NCBI GenBank assembly: GCA_033764015.1 | Contig: JANRJK010000008.1 | Span: 1-64,000 of the forward strand | Direction: 5' to 3' | DNA: 64,000 nt | Source of the DNA: Candidatus Sumerlaeia bacterium | GTDB taxonomy: Bacteria > Sumerlaeota > Sumerlaeia > SLMS01 > JANRJK01 | Program-made: the position numbers and the translations under genes | In this document: piece after piece, positions 56,583 to 64,000 of the stretch | Position numbering within the stretch: the first letter of the stretch is position 1 | How the letters are laid out: each line of letters opens with the position of its first letter | Notes under the pieces: generated by a model | Seen by the model: only the letters and a program-made list of their open reading frames with translations | What the model was told of the DNA's origin: nothing | Databases searched by the model: none

Positions 56583-59243
56583 TTACTCGAGCATCATCCA
56601 GTTCTTGCTGGCGGACGCGGGGGAATCGTCGAGGCGCACACCGAATGCGCGGTAGCGCTCCGTGGCGGTAAGTTGACCGAGATTCGTCGCCGCGCCGGTG
56701 GATGGATCGAACTCGACCAGATCCGTGCCGGCGGTGGAGTCGAGGTAGGCGGCAAGAATGCGGTTCTGGAGCGGATCGTAGTCCCAGGCGAAGAAGAAGC
56801 CCGTGTTCGCGGCCACCGAAGCGGCCACAAGCGTCGAGGCGCCGGTCGCCACGTTCAGCGTGTAGAAGTCGTTGTCGAAGTCCGGCGACGGACCGAAGCC
56901 GGCAGCGTAGCCATTGCCCGCCGGATCGATCGCCAAGGCCGTAAAGTCGAGCGTCGTCGCGATGTTCGTGTAGACGCCTGTGGAGAGATTCACAGTGCCG
57001 ATGCGGCCCGCCGCGAACGTGTTGAAGTCGAACAGCAGGATGTACATCTGGTCGTTCGCGAAGTTGTACTCGAAGTCGATCGGGAAGAAGTCCGTCGGAA
57101 GACCTGTCAGCGGCGGGCCTGTCGTGATCGCGCCGGTATCGGGGTTGATCGTCTCAAGGTTGCCGGTGTTCCCGTTCCAAGCGACGAACTCGTCCAGATT
57201 CGACCCGTTGAAATCGCCGCCGTTGTAGAAGTCGGCCGGATCGGCGAAGCCGGAGAGGCCCGCTTTAGCAGCGTTCGACGTGTCAACTACGACGAAGCGG
57301 CGGAGCGTGCGGTCCTCGGCGAGCGCGAAGTTGGCCGGGGGGGGGAAGTCGTCGTCGGTGATCGTGCCCGTGGCCACATCGTCGCCGAAGAGGGCGTTGA
57401 ACGGGTCGGACAGGTTCGAGAGGGTCATGGTGAAGGTTTCGGCGCCCTCTAGCAGCGTGTCCTGGGCGACGGGCACGTCGATGGTGAACGTCTGCGCTGC
57501 GGGTCCGGCGACGCTCGGGATGTTGAGGATGCCGCTGGTGGCGGTGTAGTCCCCGGGCTCCGTGGCGGTGCCGTTCGACGTCTCGTACTCGAGCGAGATC
57601 GCCGCGCCGGAGGTGTTCGGCGGATCGACGGTGACGGTGAAGGTGATATCCCCCGCGCCCTCCGCCGCCGAGGCGTCCGCGACGCTGACCTGCGCGATGC
57701 CTGCGGGGAGCGAGCCTTGGCAGATCTGGATGTTGTCGATGATGGCGAACCACGCCCATTCCGACACGTACCGGAAGCGGACTTGGAGGTTGGTTGCGGA
57801 TCCGAGCGGGAACGTGTCGGTCTCGAACCGGAGGTTGCCGCCGGTGGAGGCGGTCGCCGGGGTCGACGCGTTGAAGGTCGCCACCGTGTTCCAAGTCGTG
57901 CCGTTCGGGGACCACTCGACGGCGAGGAACTCAGCCGGATCGCCCACATCGCGATACTGGACGTCGAAGGCCACCTTGGCGAACTCGCCGGTCACGGCGA
58001 CCGATGGTGAAACCAACGACGTGTCGCCGGTGGAGCCATTGCCGGCCGCATCGGAGTCGGCGATGGCGAACGGGGCGACGATCGGCGCTGTTGTCGTGTA
58101 CGTCGTCGTGCTGTAGGAGACCGGGTTCTGGAACTCCCACACGACGCCGAAGGTGTCGTCGTCCACGACGGTCCAACCGGCGGGCGGCGTGGTGCCGCTC
58201 GCGGTCGCGAAATCCTGAGTGGCGCCGCAGGTGAAGTCGTCGTCCTGGATGGTGCCGTTGGCGACGCCATCGTTGAGGAATGCCGCGCCGCTGCCCGCGT
58301 TGACGAGGTTGGAGAACGTGACGGTGAACGCCTCGTCCGCCTCCGGGAAGCTATCGGCGAACACGTCGACCGTGAAGTTCCGCGAAGTGGCCACTCCGTC
58401 GGCGGTGAAGGTGAAGGTACCCGTAAACGGCGTCGAGATGTCCGTCGAATCGGTCGAGCCCACTGGTGTGATCGTGTAGTCGACCGTGAAGTTGTCGGTC
58501 GGCGCCGGGGTGGCCGTAACGGCGAAGTTGAAGGGTGTGGTGCCGCCGCCGGAGCCTTCGGCCTGTGACAGGTTCGCGACGTTCACGGCGTTTCCGAAGT
58601 TGCCTTCGACACGGACATTGTCAACGAGCCACCACCAGGAGAAGTCGCCGGTCCAACGGAAGCGGACACGGCAGGCTGCGCCGGCGGCCAAAGCCTCCGT
58701 TGTGATGTCGATGTCCGCCGCAGCGACCGCGGTGATCGTGCTCGTCGTGTTGGCGCCGACGGTGGCCGTGCCCGAGGCCGCCTGCCCTGGATTCGACGGC
58801 GCCACCCAAGCGGTACCGTTGAACACCTCCACCTCCCACGCACCGCCAAAGCCGCTACGGAAGTGGTGATCGAACTTGAGCTTCACCGAAGCCGCGCCGG
58901 TCGCGTCGAAGGCGGCGGACTCCAAGGCAGTGTCCTCGCCACCGGACAGGCCGAGGCCGTCCGAGTCGAACGCCGCGAAGTTGCCGGCGAAGGGCGGGCT
59001 AACGGCCGTGACTGTGAACGGGCGGGAGTTGGAGAACTCCCAAAGGCCCGAGCTGCCAACGAGGTCGTTGTTCGTCCAATTCAAGGGCGGGGTGGTGCCC
59101 GACGCGGTGGAGAAGTCCTCCGAGAGGAGGACGGTCTGGGCTTGGAGGGGGGCGGCGGCGAGCGCCGCGAACGCCGCGGCGGCCGCTAGTGCGCGACGGA
59201 GCCGCGTCCGGGTGACGCGGGGAAAATGATACGTGGAAGCCAT
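56583..59243 (-). CDS. Secreted surface protein: two adhesin-like jelly-roll domains each followed by Calx-beta, propeller-like C-region, short W-containing tail
   Basis: From MASTYHF; signal peptide ending LQA-Q; duplicated F(S/A)TASGTTPP..WT domains; Calx-beta motifs (EADEAFTVTFSN..GTIQDDD; EGAETFTMTLSN..GTITDDD); ends SPASASKNWMMLE. Confidence 0.85.
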   Translation of the reverse strand: MASTYHFPRVTRTRLRRALAAAAAFAALAAAPLQAQTVLLSEDFSTASGTTPPLNWTNNDLVGSSGLWEFSNSRPFTVTAVSPPFAGNFAAFDSDGLGLSGGEDTALESAAFDATGAASVKLKFDHHFRSGFGGAWEVEVFNGTAWVAPSNPGQAASGTATVGANTTSTITAVAAADIDITTEALAAGAACRVRFRWTGDFSWWWLVDNVRVEGNFGNAVNVANLSQAEGSGGGTTPFNFAVTATPAPTDNFTVDYTITPVGSTDSTDISTPFTGTFTFTADGVATSRNFTVDVFADSFPEADEAFTVTFSNLVNAGSGAAFLNDGVANGTIQDDDFTCGATQDFATASGTTPPAGWTVVDDDTFGVVWEFQNPVSYSTTTYTTTAPIVAPFAIADSDAAGNGSTGDTSLVSPSVAVTGEFAKVAFDVQYRDVGDPAEFLAVEWSPNGTTWNTVATFNASTPATASTGGNLRFETDTFPLGSATNLQVRFRYVSEWAWFAIIDNIQICQGSLPAGIAQVSVADASAAEGAGDITFTVTVDPPNTSGAAISLEYETSNGTATEPGDYTATSGILNIPSVAGPAAQTFTIDVPVAQDTLLEGAETFTMTLSNLSDPFNALFGDDVATGTITDDDFPPPANFALAEDRTLRRFVVVDTSNAAKAGLSGFADPADFYNGGDFNGSNLDEFVAWNGNTGNLETINPDTGAITTGPPLTGLPTDFFPIDFEYNFANDQMYILLFDFNTFAAGRIGTVNLSTGVYTNIATTLDFTALAIDPAGNGYAAGFGPSPDFDNDFYTLNVATGASTLVAASVAANTGFFFAWDYDPLQNRILAAYLDSTAGTDLVEFDPSTGAATNLGQLTATERYRAFGVRLDDSPASASKNWMMLE

Positions 59244-59677
59244 GAGGTTCCTCTCTGGCTGGGGGGTATTCCCTGGGCCCGAGGGGCCGTCGGAAATGAT
59301 CAATGATGAACCAGTCTGGCGCCAAATCGTCCTCCACGCAATCAATTATTGTGGCGACTAAAGCTTTTTAGAAGTCCCCGGGAAACGCGCGGATTCCGCC
59401 GCCGCAGCCCCCGCCTCGAGGCGAAGGGGAAGGCGAATCGCGAGGCCACCTCCAAGGATGTTACGTCCATTAGGCGCGCGTGAACCTCCAGTAAGTTCTT
59501 TCCTGCCAGATACTTGCACTGGGGACCCGTGTTCCGGATGGGTCTTCGCTTCACTGTTGACCGCTTGCGGCGCGCGGTGTCTCTAAATGAGTTTACCCCG
59601 GCGGTCCCGGCTCGCGAGCCGGAGCCGTCGGGGTTTCGTTGCCATTCACCATTCCACCCGAAAGGAGCCCAAGCCGG

Positions 59678-61249
59678 ATGACCCCGATGGATTACCTGAT
59701 TCCATTGTTGGCATTGGTGGCCGGGGCGATCGGCGGGGCGTGGTTCTGGGGCGGCCGGCAAGCCAAGGCGGCTTCGAGGGAACTCGAAGAAGCACAACGA
59801 CTTGCAGAGCAGGAGCGCGCCCGCGCGCATGAAGAGGCGGACCGGATCCGAAAGGATGCGGAAGCCGAGCGCGAGGCGTCGCAGGCGGAAAACGAGAAGC
59901 GGTTCGAACGCGAGTTGGGGCGGCGCCGGAGCGAGATCGACCGGACGGAAGGCCGCCTCCGCAAGCGGGAGGAACAGCTCGAGCGTTCGGAGGAAAAAAT
60001 CCAGAAGAAGCTCGACGAGGCCACGAAGCGCGAGGAGGAGGTGGCGGCGAAACTGCGCCGCATCGAGGAGCAGGAGACCCGCGGCGAAGAACTGCAGCGG
60101 GAACTCGTCCGACGGGCGGAAACGGTCGCCGGCATGTCCGCCGAGCAGGCTCGGAAGCTGCTGCTCGAAAACCTCGAAAACGAAGTCCGCCAGGATGCCG
60201 CGGCGCTGGTCCACCGCGCGGAGCAGGAGGCGAAGGAGCAGGCCGAGAAGAAGGCCCGCCAGGTGATCACCCTGGCGGTCCAGCGGCTGGCCAGCGACCA
60301 CGTCAGCGAAACGACGGTTTCCGTCGTGACGCTGCCCTCCGACGACATGAAGGGGCGCATCATCGGGCGCGAGGGGCGGAACATCCGCACCCTCGAGCAA
60401 CTGACGGGCGTCAACTTCATCATCGACGACACGCCGGAAGCGGTCGTCCTTTCCTGCTTCGATCCGATGCGCCGCGAAATCGCCCGTCTGGTCCTGGAAG
60501 CACTCATGGCCGACGGCCGCATCCATCCCGCCCGCATCGAGGAACTGGTCGAGAAGACCGAACGGAACGTCCTCGATGCCGCCCGCGAGGCCGCCGAAAA
60601 GGCGTGCCTCGAACTGGGCCTCCACGACCTGCACCCGGAGCTGGTCAAGCTCATGGGCCGCCTCAAGTACCGAACGTCCTACGGCCAGAACATCCTCGCG
60701 CACTCCACGGAGTGCGGCCACATCGCCGAGATCATCGCCAGCGAGCTGGGCCTCGACGCCCGGCTCGCCAAGCGCGCCACCTTCCTGCACGACATCGGCA
60801 AGGCGGTCTCGCACGAAGTCGAAGGCACCCACGCCGCCATCGGCGCCTCCCTCGCCAAGAAGTACCGCGAGCGCCCGGAAGTCGTCCACGCCATCGAGGC
60901 CCACCATTACGAGGTGGAGCCCCGCACCCTCACCGCCATCATCGTCGTCGCCGCCGACGCGATCTCCGCCAGCCGCCCCGGCGCCCGGCGCGAATCGCTC
61001 GAATCTTACATCAAGCGCCTCGAGTCCCTCGAGGCGATCGCCAGCGGCTTCGACGGCGTCGAGAAGTCCTACGCGCTGCAGGCGGGGCGCGAGCTCCGCA
61101 TCATCGTCCAGCCCGACAAGCTCGGCGACCAGGAGTGCTCGCTGCTCGCGCGCGACATCTCCAAGAAGATCGAACAGGAGCTCCAATACCCCGGCCAGAT
61201 CAAGGTCACCGTCCTGCGGGAGGTCCGCAAGACGGAGTACGCCCGCTAG
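59678..61249 (+). CDS. rny: Ribonuclease Y
   Basis: N-terminal TM, coiled coil, KH MKGRIIGREGRNIR, HD domain RTSYGQN..LHDIGK, ADAISASRPGAR; AAAGGAG RBS at 59661. Confidence 0.97.
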   Translation: MTPMDYLIPLLALVAGAIGGAWFWGGRQAKAASRELEEAQRLAEQERARAHEEADRIRKDAEAEREASQAENEKRFERELGRRRSEIDRTEGRLRKREEQLERSEEKIQKKLDEATKREEEVAAKLRRIEEQETRGEELQRELVRRAETVAGMSAEQARKLLLENLENEVRQDAAALVHRAEQEAKEQAEKKARQVITLAVQRLASDHVSETTVSVVTLPSDDMKGRIIGREGRNIRTLEQLTGVNFIIDDTPEAVVLSCFDPMRREIARLVLEALMADGRIHPARIEELVEKTERNVLDAAREAAEKACLELGLHDLHPELVKLMGRLKYRTSYGQNILAHSTECGHIAEIIASELGLDARLAKRATFLHDIGKAVSHEVEGTHAAIGASLAKKYRERPEVVHAIEAHHYEVEPRTLTAIIVVAADAISASRPGARRESLESYIKRLESLEAIASGFDGVEKSYALQAGRELRIIVQPDKLGDQECSLLARDISKKIEQELQYPGQIKVTVLREVRKTEYAR

Positions 61250-61289
61250 ACACGCCGCCGGGGGCTTAATCCCTGCGGACCCGACACCC

Positions 61290-61324
61290 CGCCGCCCGCG
61301 CTCCCGCGCGGGCGGCGTGTTCTT
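61290..61324 (+). terminator. Putative intrinsic terminator after rny
   Basis: cgccgcccgcgc-tccc-gcgcgggcggcg followed by tgttctt. Confidence 0.65.
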
Positions 61325-61465
61325 GCCCGGCGCGCGGGGAGAGCGCGCCGCCCCATGGAAACCGCGAAATGTCTTGCCGCGGAAGGCGCCATACGGTTCC
61401 GTGGGAGGACGCATCGGGGAACCGAAACGCGGTCTCCACCGCACTCCACGCGACCTCTGGACGCC

Positions 61466-62974
61466 ATGACGCGCTACGATCTTCGCGACTCGGACTACTC
61501 CTTCAACGCCTCGCTGGACCCCTTCCTCGTCCTGAAGAAGATGGGATTCACGGAAAACTCCGTGTACCAGGAAGGCGACATCGTCCGCGTCCACTGCCCC
61601 ATCCACAAGGACTTGGTGCGCAAGTCGCTCATCATCGATGTCTCGGAAAAGACCTACCGCTGCCAGTACTCGAACTGCGAGGCGCACGAAGGCGGCCTGC
61701 TGATCGAGCTGGTCGCGCTCTACTACGACTGCTCCATCGACGACGTGGCGCGGGCGCTCTTCGGCCAGGAGGACAAGTCCAGCGACCTTCTGTTCCGCGG
61801 TGAAATGTTCATCAACCAGGGGCGCCACAACGAGGCGCTCCCGTACCTCGAGCAGGCGTGCGACCTCGATCCGCGCAACGAGGTCACGCGATGCAAGCTC
61901 GCCGCGCTGTATCTGGAGCTGAACCGCAAGGACGACGCCTACCGCGAGTACCTGCAGGCGGCGGAAAGCTACGCGGTCCGCGGCGAACTCGAGAAGACGC
62001 TCGCTATCTACAACATCCTCATCATGCTCCAGCCGGGGGCGGTGAAGGCGCGCAAGGAACTGGCCTTCCTCTTCTCCCGCATGGGGCGGCCCGACGCCGC
62101 CGCGGAGCAGATCAAGTGGGTGGTCGATTTCTACCTTAAGTACAACCAAATCAAAGGGGCGCAAGAGGCCTGCGAGCAGCTCATCGAGCTCGACTCCACG
62201 AATCCGGTCTCCTACATCCTCCTCGGCAAGCTGCTCCACCAGGCGGGTCGCCGTGTGCCCGCGATGCAGAACTTCGAGCAGGGCGCCCGGCTGCTCCTCG
62301 AGCAATCCGACGCGAGCCGTGCCGTCACCTTCATCGAGGAAGCGCTTGAAGTAGCGCCGGGCAGCCCGCGACTGAAGGAAATGCTGGAGCAGGCCGAGGC
62401 GCGGCTGGCATCCGAGGCCCCCGCGGGCGGCTCGTCGATGGGCGCGCTCGGGCAGCAAGAGGAAGAATTCATCAGTTGGCTTTCGGAAGTGGACAAGAAG
62501 CTCGCGCTCGGCGAGGAGGTCGCCTTCGATCCCACCATCGCCCGCGTGAGCGGTCCGGTGAAGATCCCGAAGTCCGATCCTCCGCGCCAGTCGAAGGAAT
62601 TGGCGGTCGATATCCCGCTCTTCGACGAAATGGCGGACGAGGAAACGGTCCGCGCGGTTTCGGACAAGCCGAAGGCGGCCGCCCCGTCCGCGCAGGGCGG
62701 CGCGCTCGGCACGCCGCAGAGTTCCGACAGCAGCGACATTTCGCCGGAGGACCGGCGCGTCGCCATGTGCCTGAACGACATGAAGGAACTCGACAACAGC
62801 CAGATCGAGGCGATGCGCCAGCAGCTCGTCACGATGTTCACCGACGTGCGGAAGACCTACGAGGACGGCCTGCTGTCCGACTGGGAGATGCGCACGATCA
62901 AGGACTTCTACAAGGCTTTCTGCATCGCCGTCGACATGCACCGGCGGACCGCCTCCGGCAAGTCCGCGGGCTGA
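61466..62974 (+). CDS. CHC2 (primase-type) zinc-ribbon domain fused to TPR repeats
   Basis: From MTRYDL; HCPIHKD..SLII..KTYRCQYSNC..GGLLIELV; TPRs (EALPYLEQACDLDP, ALEVAPG). Confidence 0.75.
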   Translation: MTRYDLRDSDYSFNASLDPFLVLKKMGFTENSVYQEGDIVRVHCPIHKDLVRKSLIIDVSEKTYRCQYSNCEAHEGGLLIELVALYYDCSIDDVARALFGQEDKSSDLLFRGEMFINQGRHNEALPYLEQACDLDPRNEVTRCKLAALYLELNRKDDAYREYLQAAESYAVRGELEKTLAIYNILIMLQPGAVKARKELAFLFSRMGRPDAAAEQIKWVVDFYLKYNQIKGAQEACEQLIELDSTNPVSYILLGKLLHQAGRRVPAMQNFEQGARLLLEQSDASRAVTFIEEALEVAPGSPRLKEMLEQAEARLASEAPAGGSSMGALGQQEEEFISWLSEVDKKLALGEEVAFDPTIARVSGPVKIPKSDPPRQSKELAVDIPLFDEMADEETVRAVSDKPKAAAPSAQGGALGTPQSSDSSDISPEDRRVAMCLNDMKELDNSQIEAMRQQLVTMFTDVRKTYEDGLLSDWEMRTIKDFYKAFCIAVDMHRRTASGKSAG

Positions 62975-62991
62975 CGCGCGGCGGAGCGACC

Positions 62992-64000
62992 GTGAACCAG
63001 TCCGAAGAAGTCCTGCTCGACCTCGCGCGGAACTACCGGTTCCTCACCCCCGCGCAGGCGCTCGAAGTCCGCGGCGAAGCGGATGCCACCGGCGCCTACC
63101 TCGCCGACCTGCTGCTTGGCAGGATGCTGCTGACCCAGAAGCAGCTCAAGAAGCTCCAGAACGAAGTGCAGATGTACACCGGGAGCGCCGCGCCTTCCAC
63201 GGAAGTGGAAGAGGCGCCGCCGGAGCCCGCGCCCGCCCCGGTGACCCAAGCGGCGCCGGCGGCCGCCCCCGCCGCGGCGAAGCAACCCGCCGCGGCCGCA
63301 GCCCCCAAGCAGGGCGCCTCTCAGCCGCAGCAACAGCCCGCCCAGCAGCAAGCGGCCCCCGCGCAGCAGCAGGCCCCGGCTCCCGCACCCGAACCGAAGG
63401 CGGCGCCGGTATCGATCATCGAGCAGTACCGGCACTTCCCTCCCGCGCCGGACCTGCTGCAGCTCCTGCGCATCGCGCGCGCCTGGGAGGCGTCGGACCT
63501 GCACCTCTCCGTGGGGAAGCCACCGTTCGTGCGCCTCGCAGGGCAGCTCTTCTACATGGAGTACGCGCCGATTTCGCCGGAGCGCTCGGAGCAGCTCAAT
63601 TTCTCGGCACTCACCAAGGTTCAGGCCGAACTACTGCGCGAGAAGCTGTCGCTCGACTTCGCGCTCCAGATCCCCGCCGACGGTCGGTATCGCTGCAACA
63701 TCTTCCACCAGCGGCTGGGCTGGGACGGATCGTACCGCGTGGTGCGGTCCTCCGTGCCTTCGGCGGAGGAGCTTGGGCTGCCCCCGGTGTGCCGCACGCT
63801 CACGGAGTACCATCAGGGGATGGTGCTGGTGACGGGGCCGACGAACAGCGGGAAGACGACGACGCTCGCGGCCATGGTGGATATGGTGAACGCGGACCGA
63901 GACGACCACATCATCACCGTTGAGGACCCGATCGAGTACGTCCACGCGCGCAAGCGCTGCCAAGTGACGCAGCGCGAGGTCGGGCGACACACGGATAGCT
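62992..64000 (+). CDS. pilT: PilT/PilU family type IV pilus retraction ATPase with N-terminal extension, 3'-truncated
   Basis: Manual translation from GTG 62992: ASDLHLSVGKPP, RYRCNIF, GMVLVTGPTNSGKTTTLAA, HIITVEDPIEY, VTQREVG. Confidence 0.9.
   Translation, partial: MNQSEEVLLDLARNYRFLTPAQALEVRGEADATGAYLADLLLGRMLLTQKQLKKLQNEVQMYTGSAAPSTEVEEAPPEPAPAPVTQAAPAAAPAAAKQPAAAAAPKQGASQPQQQPAQQQAAPAQQQAPAPAPEPKAAPVSIIEQYRHFPPAPDLLQLLRIARAWEASDLHLSVGKPPFVRLAGQLFYMEYAPISPERSEQLNFSALTKVQAELLREKLSLDFALQIPADGRYRCNIFHQRLGWDGSYRVVRSSVPSAEELGLPPVCRTLTEYHQGMVLVTGPTNSGKTTTLAAMVDMVNADRDDHIITVEDPIEYVHARKRCQVTQREVGRHTDS

Noticed and set aside
59342..62941. 1199-aa minus-strand ORF
   Set aside because: Antisense shadow of rny and the CHC2-TPR gene; no motifs, typical of high-GC DNA
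1..64000. CRISPR arrays, cas genes, rRNA, transposases, integrases, prophage or reverse transcriptase
   Set aside because: No regularly spaced repeats or diagnostic motifs seen by eye; short or degenerate elements could have been missed

Overview
Very GC-rich, densely coding bacterial chromosomal segment with about 45 CDS. Gene content and a secreted protein ending in a short W-containing tail suggest a PVC/FCB-adjacent lineage such as Ca. Sumerlaeota (BRC1); this is inference from recall and was not tested. Housekeeping genes: glnE, dinB, nfo, rsmE, era, ybeY, a cbpA-like J protein, fbaB, apbC/mrp, argS, rny and a partial pilT. The best candidate for an undescribed system is a tightly linked locus (17.3-28.5 kb): a catalytically intact PorU/gingipain-like C25 cysteine peptidase, a membrane-anchored TPR protein, a TMTC-like GT-C glycosyltransferase, an Rmd-like GDP-sugar reductase and an O-antigen-ligase/O-OTase-like protein. 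It may be a non-T9SS protein sorting/glycan-anchoring machine, and the Calx-beta surface protein ending ...SASKNWMMLE is a possible substrate. Other oddities: a B12-radical-SAM protein lacking all three cluster cysteines and coupled to glnE; an AEP-like hypothetical between an AAA ATPase and dinB; an orphan microcompartment-type aldolase with a putative encapsulation peptide; a decayed tRNA-Pro copy beside a possible toxin-antitoxin remnant; a primase-type zinc ribbon fused to TPRs upstream of a PilT with an MshEN-like N-terminus; and a perfect 16-bp inverted repeat in an AT-rich patch. No CRISPR array, rRNA, transposase or integrase was seen. All calls are from motif reading only; no searches were run.
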